DNA from: an uncultured Phascolarctobacterium sp.
Lineage (GTDB): Bacteria > Bacillota > Negativicutes > Acidaminococcales > Acidaminococcaceae
Reading direction: 5' to 3'
DNA: 64,000 nt
Assembly: GCA_947630795.1 (NCBI GenBank)
Contig: CANRJC010000011.1
Span: 11,161 to 75,160, forward strand
Shown: positions 49,549-57,956 of the stretch, in pieces
Layout of the letters: the number at the start of each line of letters is the position of its first letter
Numbering within the stretch: the stretch's first letter is position 1
The notes under the pieces: model-generated
Told to the model about the DNA's origin: nothing
The model's input: only the letters and a program-made list of their open reading frames with translations
Database searches by the model: none
Position numbers and translations under genes: made by a program

Positions 49549-50313
49549 ATGACTCATAAAGTTATCGAAAAAGCAAAAGTGATGGGGCAGGAGCAGCTTT
49601 CTCCCACGGTGCGGCTGCTGGAAGTGGAGGCGACCGCCATCGCTGCCTCTGCACGGCCCGGCCATTTCGCCAACGTGAGAGTGAGCTATCATGCGGCGCC
49701 CCTTCTGCGCCGTCCCTTCGGCGTGGCAGGCGTCGATAAAGAGAGAGGCACCTTCTCTATGATCTACCGCATCATCGGGGAGGGCACGAAAATGCTGGCC
49801 GCTGCGAAAAAAGGCGACGTTTTAGACATCGTGGGGCCCTTGGGCAACGGCTTCGACCTTGACTGCGCCAGACCTCTCATCGTGGGAGGCGGGCTGGGCC
49901 TTGCTCCGCTGCTCTATCTCTCCCAAGTTTTAAAAAGGGCAGACGTTTTGATGGGGGGCAGGAGCGCCGACGAACTTTTTTGGCGGCACCTCTTTGCCGA
50001 AAAGGCCGAGAAGATCTTTCTCACCACCGACGACGGCTCTTTAGGCACGCAGGGCACGGTGCTGGCCCTTTTGCCCCGGCTTTTGGCAGAAGGAGGCTAC
50101 GACCGGGTCTTCGTGTGCGGGCCGGTGCCCATGATGAAGGCTGCGGCCGCAGCTTGTATCAAAGCAGGGGTGCCCTGTCAGGTCTCTTTGGAAAAATACA
50201 TGGCCTGCGGCCTGGGGGCCTGCCTCTCCTGCGCCTGCACCATCAAAGGCAAAAGAGCCAAAGTGTGTCAGGACGGCCCGGTCTTTTGGGCCGAGGAGGT
50301 GGAAGAATGGTAG
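49549..50313 (+). CDS. pyrK: dihydroorotate dehydrogenase electron-transfer subunit
   Basis: FAD/NAD-binding fold (RRPFGV). C-terminal 2Fe-2S cysteines MACGLGACLSCAC ... VCQDGPVF. Confidence 0.9.
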   Translation: MTHKVIEKAKVMGQEQLSPTVRLLEVEATAIAASARPGHFANVRVSYHAAPLLRRPFGVAGVDKERGTFSMIYRIIGEGTKMLAAAKKGDVLDIVGPLGNGFDLDCARPLIVGGGLGLAPLLYLSQVLKRADVLMGGRSADELFWRHLFAEKAEKIFLTTDDGSLGTQGTVLALLPRLLAEGGYDRVFVCGPVPMMKAAAAACIKAGVPCQVSLEKYMACGLGACLSCACTIKGKRAKVCQDGPVFWAEEVEEW

Positions 50314-51266
50314 CGCCTCTTTACGACGGCCGCCTGGCCGTAGATATCGCCGGCATCAAAATGCAGACGCCGGTCACCACCGGCTCCGGCACTTTCGGCT
50401 TCGGCCTGGAATTCACCGACTTCCTCGATCTGGAAAAAGTGGGAGCGGTGACGGTGAAGGGCACGTCTCTTCTGCCTTCTTGCGGCAACAAGGGGCAGAG
50501 AGCGGTGGAGACGCCGGCAGGGATGCTGAACGCCATCGGTTTGGAGAACCCGGGCAGCGACTACTTTTTAAACGTGACGCTTCCTAAACTGCGCAAGTAC
50601 GACGTTCCCGTCATCGTCAACATCTACGGCCACAGCCCCGAAGAATACGGACAGGTGGCGGCCAAATTGGACGTGGAGGGCGTGGCGGCGGTGGAGATCA
50701 ACATCTCCTGTCCCAACGTGAAAGAGGGAGGCATCATCTTCGGCACCTGCCCCGAAGCGGCGGCAGCCGTCATCAAAGAAGTGAAGAAAAACACTTCCAA
50801 GCCCGTCATCACCAAACTTTCCCCCAACGTGACGGACATCACGGTGATGGCCAAAGCGGCGGAAGAAGCGGGCAGCGATGCCCTTTCCCTCATCAACACC
50901 CTTTTGGGGACGAAGATCGATATCGAAAAGCAGAGGCCGGTGCTGGGCAACGTCACCGGCGGCCTCAGCGGTCCTGCGGTGCGGCCGGTGGCCGTGCGCC
51001 TCGTCTACCAAGTGGCGCAGGTGACGAAGCTGCCCATCATCGGCATGGGCGGCATCATGTGCGCCGAAGATGCGCTGGAATTTTTCTTGGCCGGGGCCAG
51101 TGCCGTGGCCGTGGGCACCGCCAATTTCGTGGAGCCCGATATCGCCGAAAAGATCGCTCACGGTCTTCTAAACTATTTGGACAGACATCAGATGCAAAAT
51201 ATCGAAGAGGCCGTCGGGCTGGCTCTTCCCCACGGGAAGCACAGCATGCCTCTTTACAATTGCTAG
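50307..51266 (+). CDS. pyrD: dihydroorotate dehydrogenase B catalytic subunit
   Basis: The internal ATG overlapping the pyrK end gives MVAPLYDGRLAVDIAGI. GTFGFG, NAIGLENPG, EINISCPN and GGLSGPAVRPVA motifs. Confidence 0.92.
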   Translation: MVAPLYDGRLAVDIAGIKMQTPVTTGSGTFGFGLEFTDFLDLEKVGAVTVKGTSLLPSCGNKGQRAVETPAGMLNAIGLENPGSDYFLNVTLPKLRKYDVPVIVNIYGHSPEEYGQVAAKLDVEGVAAVEINISCPNVKEGGIIFGTCPEAAAAVIKEVKKNTSKPVITKLSPNVTDITVMAKAAEEAGSDALSLINTLLGTKIDIEKQRPVLGNVTGGLSGPAVRPVAVRLVYQVAQVTKLPIIGMGGIMCAEDALEFFLAGASAVAVGTANFVEPDIAEKIAHGLLNYLDRHQMQNIEEAVGLALPHGKHSMPLYNC

Positions 51267-51284
51267 CAAAGTAGGTGATGAACG

Positions 51285-52001
51285 ATGCATAGTGACAAGC
51301 GTTTGATCGTCGCGTTAGACTTTCCGACGTTGGAAGAAGCAAAGGCCTGCGTTAAGGAATGCGGCGACGCCGTGAGCTACTACAAAGTGGGCATGGAACT
51401 TTATTATGCCGCCGGCAGCTCCATCCTCGCCTTTTTAAAAGAGGAAGGAAAACAGATCTTCCTCGATCTGAAACTGCAGGACATACCCAACACCGTGGCC
51501 GGCGCATTGAAAGTGCTGACGAAACTGGGCGCAGACATGATCAACGTCCACGCGGTGGGCGGGCCGAAGATGCTGGCGGCTGCGGCCAAAGCTGTGCAAG
51601 AAGCAGCCGCGGAAGCGAACAAGCCGGCGCCTAAATTGATCGCCGTGACCATCCTCACCAGCATGGACGAAGAACAATTCGCCGCACTGAATTATAAAGG
51701 CAGCATCGCCGACGAAGTGGTGGCTTTGGCGAAGATGGCGAAGGACGCGGGCTTAGACGGCGTGGTGGCTTCGCCTATGGAAGCGGCGGCCATCAGAAAG
51801 GCCTGCGGCCCCGGCTTCCTGATCGTCACCCCCGGGGTGCGGCCGGCAGGGAGCGCTTTGAACGATCAAAGCAGAGTGGCCACACCGGCCGGCGCTCTCA
51901 GAAATGGGTCCACCCACATCGTGGTGGGCCGGCCCATCACCAAAGCAGCCGACCGCAAAGCTGCAGCGGCGGCCATCGCGGAAGAGATAAAAGGAGTGTA
52001 A
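51285..52001 (+). CDS. pyrF: orotidine 5'-phosphate decarboxylase
   Basis: LIVALDF, DLKLQDIPNTV and VVGRPIT motifs. Confidence 0.93.
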   Translation: MHSDKRLIVALDFPTLEEAKACVKECGDAVSYYKVGMELYYAAGSSILAFLKEEGKQIFLDLKLQDIPNTVAGALKVLTKLGADMINVHAVGGPKMLAAAAKAVQEAAAEANKPAPKLIAVTILTSMDEEQFAALNYKGSIADEVVALAKMAKDAGLDGVVASPMEAAAIRKACGPGFLIVTPGVRPAGSALNDQSRVATPAGALRNGSTHIVVGRPITKAADRKAAAAAIAEEIKGV

Positions 52002-52005
52002 GAAC

Positions 52006-52587
52006 ATGGCTATCCTCACCGAAAAAGACGTAATGGCATTGTTGGAAGAGACTCAGGCGGTGCTGCACGGGCATTTTCTGCTGACCAGCGGCCTGCACAG
52101 CCCCATGTACGTAGAAAAGTTCAACGTGCTGCAGCACCCCAAATACACAGAGCGCCTTTGCCGAGAGATCGCCCGCCGTTATGAGGACGCAGGCGTGGAA
52201 TTGGTGATAGGCCCCATGACCGGGGGCATCCTGCTGGCCCACGAAGTGGGCAAGGCTTTGGGCACCCGGGCCATCTTCACCGAGCGGGAGAACGGCAAGA
52301 TGACTTTGAAGCGGGGCTTTCAGATCCCGGAGGGCACCAAGGTGCTGGTGGTGGAAGACATCACCACTACCGGCGGCAGCATCAAAGAGGTGATCGACGT
52401 GGTGAGAGAGCACGGCGGCGAGGTGATAGGCGTGGGGCTTTTGGTGGACCGCAGCGGCGGCAAGGTAAATTTGGGCGTGCGCACGGAGGCTTTGCTGCAT
52501 TTGAACGTAGAGACGTTCAAGCCGGAGAGCTGCCCGCTGTGCGCCCAGGGCGTGCCTTTCACCAAGAGGGGACGCACGGGCAAATAA
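52006..52587 (+). CDS. pyrE: orotate phosphoribosyltransferase
   Basis: GHFLLTSGLHS. PRPP-binding loop VLVVEDITTTGGS. Confidence 0.92.
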   Translation: MAILTEKDVMALLEETQAVLHGHFLLTSGLHSPMYVEKFNVLQHPKYTERLCREIARRYEDAGVELVIGPMTGGILLAHEVGKALGTRAIFTERENGKMTLKRGFQIPEGTKVLVVEDITTTGGSIKEVIDVVREHGGEVIGVGLLVDRSGGKVNLGVRTEALLHLNVETFKPESCPLCAQGVPFTKRGRTGK

Positions 52588-52614
52588 GAAGCTTTAAGAG
52601 AAAAGTTTGAGAAG

Positions 52615-52680
52615 AGAGCCCCAAGGGGCTCTTTTCGTTTGAGGGGGGAGAATCTATTTTAAACGTGTGCATTTCGAGAC
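52615..52680 (+). repeat. direct repeat DR-L, which includes the pyrE intrinsic terminator
   Basis: AGAGCCCCAAGGGGCTCTTTTCGTTTGAGGGGGGAGAATCTATTTTAAACGTGTGCATTTCGAGAC. The terminator hairpin is AGAGCCCC-AA-GGGGCTCT plus TTTT. It is repeated at 53823-53886 with a few mismatches. Confidence 0.9.
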
Positions 52681-52848
52681 GGGGAAAAAGGGGAAGCGCA
52701 ATTTGTTTTAGAGAGACGGTTATGCTATAATTGTTTTAAAGAGAGATAACGGATCAACGAAAAAGAAGCAAACAGCAGGGAAAATATGATCCCGAATACC
52801 GCAGTTACGATCGAGCGGCAAGTGCAGAGACGAAGGAGAAATGTGAAA

Positions 52849-53724
52849 ATGGCACGAAAGAAAAACAAACTTGAACTCGAATATGTCGAGCGGCTCATTG
52901 AACCGGTTTTTCTCGTGATTAAATGTCTCGGCGGCTCGGCAACTAATGCCGAGATCAGGGATGAAATAATCGAAACGCTCCGGCTTTCGGATGAAGTCGT
53001 AGACGAGCCCCATGTCGGAAAAGCAGCGCAGACGGAATTGGAATATCAATTGGCATGGGCGAGAACATATTTAAAAAATTACGGCGCTATAATTAACACA
53101 GAGCGAGGAGTGTGGGTTATTACTCCTGCTTTTGCAGACACCGTGGCCGTTGACGGGAAAGAGGTCATTAAGACTTTCTTGGAGAAAACCGGCAAATCAG
53201 GCGGTGAAAACGGTACGACACAGGATGACGATCCGTCGAACGACGGGGTAGATCCGCCGGAAGAACTGGAACCGTGGAGAATACAGATCGCAGAAATATT
53301 GCATAGCATGGATCCTTTTGCCTTCGAGCGTCTTTCACAGTTGCTGTTGAGAGAATGCGGTTTTTCGCAGGTAACGGTAACAAAAAAGACAGGCGACGGC
53401 GGGATCGACGGCAGGGGCAAACTTCTGATCAACGGGATATTCAGCTTCAATGTGGCCTTTCAGTGCAAACGGTTCAAGGGGAGCGTAGGCGCTGTGGAGA
53501 TAAGAAATTTCAGAGGATCGTTGACCACGGACAGGGAAAAAGGTATCTTTATCACCACCGGCTCTTTTACGAAAGCTGCCAGAGATGAAGCATCGATTGC
53601 CGGAAAGCAACAGATCGATCTGATCGACGGCGAGGAGTTCATAAATAAGCTGATAGAATATCGGATCGGCGTGAAGGAAAAGGCGGTCTTCGAGGTCGAT
53701 AAAGAGTTTTTCGATAAGGTCTAG
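52849..53724 (+). CDS. mrr: Mrr-type restriction endonuclease (Mrr_N winged helix + Mrr_cat)
   Basis: The internal ATG after AGGAGA gives MARKKNKLELEY. The C-terminal PD-(D/E)XK core reads FERLSQLLLRECGF ... GDGGIDGRG ... VAFQCKRF ... GIFITTGSFTKAA. Confidence 0.85.
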   Translation: MARKKNKLELEYVERLIEPVFLVIKCLGGSATNAEIRDEIIETLRLSDEVVDEPHVGKAAQTELEYQLAWARTYLKNYGAIINTERGVWVITPAFADTVAVDGKEVIKTFLEKTGKSGGENGTTQDDDPSNDGVDPPEELEPWRIQIAEILHSMDPFAFERLSQLLLRECGFSQVTVTKKTGDGGIDGRGKLLINGIFSFNVAFQCKRFKGSVGAVEIRNFRGSLTTDREKGIFITTGSFTKAARDEASIAGKQQIDLIDGEEFINKLIEYRIGVKEKAVFEVDKEFFDKV

Positions 53725-53822
53725 AGAGGTCGATGTTCGGCCCTTCTCTAAAAAGAAACTGCCGAAGGCGAAGTTTGTTTGCCTGATCGGTAAAAGTCAA
53801 TTCGAATATGTATATTAAAGAG

Positions 53823-53886
53823 AGGAGCCCCAAGGGGCTCTTTTCGTTTGGGGGGAATCTGTTTTAAACGTGTGCATTTGGAGGCG
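53823..53886 (+). repeat. direct repeat DR-R (copy of the pyrE terminator region)
   Basis: AGGAGCCCCAAGGGGCTCTTTTCGTTTGGGGGGAATCTGTTTTAAACGTGTGCATTTGGAGGC. Same orientation as DR-L, bracketing the ~1.1-kb mrr cassette. Confidence 0.9.
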
Positions 53887-53941
53887 GTTAAAAAGAAAGC
53901 TCATTAGTCGCCCGGCAGGCGACTTTTTTGTGCGACGGGTT

Positions 53942-54006
53942 TGGTATAATGAGGGGGAGAGGGGGAGAGCACGCTCTATTAAAAATTCTTGCGAAAATTT
54001 TCGCAA
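53942..54006 (+). promoter_or_regulatory. extended -10 promoter followed by an 18-bp perfect palindrome (operator-like)
   Basis: TGGTATAAT at 53942-53950. TTGCGAAAATTTTCGCAA at 53989-54006 is a perfect inverted repeat. It lies at the entry to the AT-rich island. Confidence 0.4.
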
Positions 54007-54447
54007 AGTGTTTTTAGAATGACGGATGTTGTCCAAGTGGTTTGATAAAATGAAAAAAGAGGATACTGTTGTAAGGCGTACTTGTTGATGTATAACGGAT
54101 TATAGTGAAAATGGTATTGAAAACGCCTGTGGATTCTGGTAATCTTTTTGATTATGTGCTATGATAAATCACGGAATTTATTGATATTTTTGTACTTTAC
54201 TATCAGAACCACGAGTAAGCTCATCAATAAAGAAAAGTTGCATTTTCTATTCGGCTGTGTATTTGCAAACACTTTAATTTCTACATTGATGCAGCAAGTG
54301 ACTCTGGAAAGAATTAAGCGTTATAGAATAGCTGTTTCTAATAATCTGTGAAGAATACAGTGCATTTGAGTTGGCGCTTCTGCCAAGTTATCAAAATAAG
54401 ACAATAGTTTACAAAAATGGGATATGAGATGATATGGAGGGTCAACT

Positions 54448-55968
54448 ATGGCGGGAGAAACTGTACAGGTAGGTAAATACACGCTGGAATCTCTTACAAC
54501 AGGTATGTACTCCGATCCCAAAATTGTCTATCGCGAATATATTCAAAACAGTGTAGATTCTCTAGAAAATGCTGTTGCCCTCGGTGTGATTGAAAAGTCA
54601 AGTATGCGTATAGACATCATCGTAAAAGCAGAGACCTCTTACATATGTATAAAAGACAACGGAATGGGTATTCCTTCTGCTGAGGCGCCTGAAACCTTGA
54701 TGAATGTCGGCAGTTCAAAAAAACGCAATTCCAACAATCGCGGTTTCCGCGGCATTGGTCGCCTTGGCGGGATGAGTTACTGCGATACCCTTGTGTTTAC
54801 GACATCTGCTGAGAAAGAGGCAGTTAAGACTGTTATCACCTTTGACTGTAAAAGACTTCGTAATTTACTTATTCCTGGTAAATACGAAGATATGAGTTTG
54901 TCTGAAGTATTGGAAGAAATTACGAAGGTTGATTTTCTTCCGGAAAAACCAGAGCTGCACTATTTGATCGTGGAAATGAAGGAGGTAAATGGTTTTTCAG
55001 ATTTACTCGACATTGATGCCGTAAAAAGTTATATATCGCAGGTAGCGCCACTCCCATACCAATTGCGTAGTTTTATTTATGCTCCTCAACTCAAAAAATA
55101 TCTGAGCAAGAATGGATATGTTGTTGAGGAGTTTCCAATTTTTCTTGGTGAGGATGAATTAAATCTGGCGCCAGTGTACAAACCGAACAAAAGTAGATTC
55201 AAATCCGACAGAGCAAAGCGAACAACCGATGAAATCACAAGCATGTCATACTTCGATGTAATAATCGATGGTGAATTATACGCACTGGGATGGTATGGTA
55301 ATTGTGGATGGCTCGGGACCTTGTCTGATAAGGAGTTGTCCGGCATCAGAGTAAGGAAAGGAAATATCCTTATCGGTGACAACAAAACGATGAATATAAT
55401 TTTTAAAGAAGCTCGTTTCAATGGGTGGACACAGGGCGAAATATTCATCGTTACTGATAAACTTGTTCCAAACGCTCGCAGAGACGACTTTGAACAGAAT
55501 GATGCTTACTATGATCTCATTAACGCTTTAAGTAATGGAGTGAGCTTAGAAATTTCCAGAGCTATTCGTGAAGCCTCGTTTACAAGAAATAATCCTAACG
55601 CGAAGGCATTGAGGGAGATTGAGAAGGTGATTGCAGAGGCTTCCAATGCTGTTTCGGAAGGATTTAATTCGAGCATTGATAAAGAAACACTCTTAAAATC
55701 TTTGACTGAAAGTGCTATTTCGTTATCCGAATTAAGAGTGAACGATGATTTTTCACAAAAGAAAAAAGAACTTGAAGAAAAGATCGAAGCGGCTATCAAA
55801 GAAGTTTCAGAAAGCAAAAACTTCAAAATTAACCATATTAATTCCAGTATAGATAAAAAGAGTAAGCAAGTTTTAAGAGTAGTTAGTAACATCCTTTCAA
55901 AGAAACTTGCCAAGTCCCTTGTTGATGAGATTATTGCAGAAATTGTTTCAGAATTGAACAGAAAGTAG
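54448..55968 (+). CDS. GHKL-superfamily ATPase (Hsp90/MORC-like, HATPase_c_3 type)
   Basis: Bergerat-fold motifs: N-box YREYIQNSVDSLENA, G1 IKDNGMGIP, G2 GFRGIGRLGGMSY. Coiled-coil-like Lys/Glu-rich C-terminus. GGAGGG RBS. Confidence 0.85.
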   Translation: MAGETVQVGKYTLESLTTGMYSDPKIVYREYIQNSVDSLENAVALGVIEKSSMRIDIIVKAETSYICIKDNGMGIPSAEAPETLMNVGSSKKRNSNNRGFRGIGRLGGMSYCDTLVFTTSAEKEAVKTVITFDCKRLRNLLIPGKYEDMSLSEVLEEITKVDFLPEKPELHYLIVEMKEVNGFSDLLDIDAVKSYISQVAPLPYQLRSFIYAPQLKKYLSKNGYVVEEFPIFLGEDELNLAPVYKPNKSRFKSDRAKRTTDEITSMSYFDVIIDGELYALGWYGNCGWLGTLSDKELSGIRVRKGNILIGDNKTMNIIFKEARFNGWTQGEIFIVTDKLVPNARRDDFEQNDAYYDLINALSNGVSLEISRAIREASFTRNNPNAKALREIEKVIAEASNAVSEGFNSSIDKETLLKSLTESAISLSELRVNDDFSQKKKELEEKIEAAIKEVSESKNFKINHINSSIDKKSKQVLRVVSNILSKKLAKSLVDEIIAEIVSELNRK

Positions 55969-55975
55969 GCTTACT

Positions 55976-57940
55976 ATGGAAGTACTACCATCTGAGTATC
56001 AGAATATTGAGCTCTCTAGATATGAGAAAATATTCGTGCGCTACGCCATTTCTAGCGATCAGTATGGCTTTCTTTTATTGAAAGTAAATCCCACTATGAT
56101 CGAAAATGAGAGTATGAATGTTGTGATTACTTCTAGAGGGGTTGTGTTTTTTAAGTTTTTGGAGAAAATCTCGGATGCAACCCTATTTGGAAGTGTAATG
56201 GAATCTTATAAATGCGTCTATTCTATGTCAGAAGAAATTATTGTCAAGAAACTTCTCAGCAATAAATCAATATCCGAGAATGGAACGGCTTTGAAGTTCC
56301 CAATCAATATCGTCCATGTTTTTCCGTGTCTCAAGCAAACAGATATTGAAAAGGTGAAGAATGATACTATTGCAGAATTTGTTGAAAAACATTGTTTGTT
56401 CGCAGAGAAGTTTTCTGAACTGCGTCAAGGATTTGCCGCCGTTTTAAATCACTTTTTGGATACTCCTATTATTACCATATCAGCTAATACAATGCAGATC
56501 TCCGATTTGAATGTAAATTCCATAATGCAGAGGATCGCTCCTGAATATGTTACTGTGCGAGTTGCTTGCATTGACTGTGCCAAAACAACACCTGGTGTAG
56601 ATAGTGAGCTTTTGGTTATAGATGAGAATGATGTTGTAGTTAAGGCTTTCCGCCTGGATAAGGAGCAAATCAACATTGTAAATAGAATCAGCAGGGATGA
56701 CCCAAATCAGCTGATACTGGCTTGTGCAGGATCCGGAAAAAGTGTATTGCTCATATCCAAATGTTTTAAGGCAGCGCAAATGAATCCTGACAAGAAGTTC
56801 CTAATCACATGTAAAAATGAAAATCTTCATTCACTTTATATTTGGTTTATTGACCGCGCCGGGCTTCATAATAAGAATGTTGAATGCATGACTTTTCATG
56901 CTCTTTGCAAGAAACTTCTTGAAAAGAACAAGTTTAGTGTAAAACCCAAAGATTTTGAAGGCTGGGTCAATTCGGCTATCGAAAAGCTAAATCAGGGTAA
57001 AATTACAGACAGATACTACGGTATCTTTATTGATGAGGTGCAGGCATTTGAACCCGAATGGTATAAGTTTTGTTTCAATCTCCTTGAAAACAAGGATACT
57101 AAAGATCATATATTTGTTATCTGTGGAGACAAAACGCAACGCTTGGACAAGCTCAAAAAGCATGGCCAAGCACCCTGGCAGGCTGGAGAAGGATATCCGA
57201 ATTACCGGGGTGGAAACAAAAACATACGCATAGAAAAGAATTACCGTAACTGTTATGAAATTAACGAATACATAAATCGGTATGTTTCTAACGTAAGACG
57301 ATATCTCTATGAAATACAAGATGATTATAAGATTGATCCCGATATGTTTTTGCGGGGGCAGGCTATCTTTCATGGGGAAGGAGTGCGATACATTCAGCTG
57401 ACTACAAAAAAAGTGGAATGTGAGATTGATAATATTATTCATTCTATCAAAGAAATACATGATATGAAAGAAATTCCATATGATGAAATTGCTGTGATAA
57501 TGTACCAAGGAAAGTTTCGAAAGAAAATTTCTGGCTGGTTGGACAAAAACTATTTTTTGCAGCAGAATTTAGAAAAAAGAATGGATGCTGAAAATATTCC
57601 GTACTGCCGCCTTTACTCTACTGAAGGGGCCTGGCAAGATCATTTTGGAGATACAGGCGGTGTTCGTATCATTAAATTTCAAACATCGCTAGGTTTGGAT
57701 TTTCGGGCAGCCATTATTTGCGGTCTTGTTACCTTGGGTGAGTATGAGCATATTAAGAATCCTGAATGGGAGTCTTTAAAAACTGATAAAGAAAAATATG
57801 AAAATACGATTACCGATATTCAACGTGCCATTCAAAACCTTTATGTGGCTTGCACAAGAGCTAAAGAGCTCCTATATATTATCGCTCCGGAAAGCGAAGA
57901 AGAATCCATCTTTATGAAGCTGCTCAAAGACTCAATTTAG
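55976..57940 (+). CDS. UvrD/Rep-family (SF1) helicase-like protein with a ~230-aa N-terminal domain of unknown, possibly degenerate NERD-like, type
   Basis: Walker A ILACAGSGKSVLL, motif II GIFIDEVQAF, motif III ICGDKTQRL, motif VI LYVACTRAKELLYI. 7-nt gap after the preceding gene. Confidence 0.85.
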   Translation: MEVLPSEYQNIELSRYEKIFVRYAISSDQYGFLLLKVNPTMIENESMNVVITSRGVVFFKFLEKISDATLFGSVMESYKCVYSMSEEIIVKKLLSNKSISENGTALKFPINIVHVFPCLKQTDIEKVKNDTIAEFVEKHCLFAEKFSELRQGFAAVLNHFLDTPIITISANTMQISDLNVNSIMQRIAPEYVTVRVACIDCAKTTPGVDSELLVIDENDVVVKAFRLDKEQINIVNRISRDDPNQLILACAGSGKSVLLISKCFKAAQMNPDKKFLITCKNENLHSLYIWFIDRAGLHNKNVECMTFHALCKKLLEKNKFSVKPKDFEGWVNSAIEKLNQGKITDRYYGIFIDEVQAFEPEWYKFCFNLLENKDTKDHIFVICGDKTQRLDKLKKHGQAPWQAGEGYPNYRGGNKNIRIEKNYRNCYEINEYINRYVSNVRRYLYEIQDDYKIDPDMFLRGQAIFHGEGVRYIQLTTKKVECEIDNIIHSIKEIHDMKEIPYDEIAVIMYQGKFRKKISGWLDKNYFLQQNLEKRMDAENIPYCRLYSTEGAWQDHFGDTGGVRIIKFQTSLGLDFRAAIICGLVTLGEYEHIKNPEWESLKTDKEKYENTITDIQRAIQNLYVACTRAKELLYIIAPESEEESIFMKLLKDSI

Positions 57941-57956
57941 TGAAAGGTAGGAAATT

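Noticed and set aside
47317-49692. 791-aa ORF on the minus strand opposite carB. Similar long antisense ORFs occur elsewhere, e.g. 67-1548 and 1564-2781 opposite dnaE, 8194-9909 opposite the EF-G paralogue, 25494-26813 opposite cobQ, 30683-31804 opposite ahcY and 42666-43820 opposite pyrB.
   Set aside because: They lie entirely antisense to genes with unmistakable conserved motifs. Their translations are low-complexity and rich in G/A/H/V/D, with no recognisable motif. Long stop-free antisense frames are expected in GC-rich coding DNA.
54148-54351. 67-aa ORF in the AT-rich leader of the island.
   Set aside because: It has no RBS, its composition is hydrophobic and low-complexity as expected for random AT-rich sequence, and no motif is present. 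It is retained only as part of the unexplained-leader finding.
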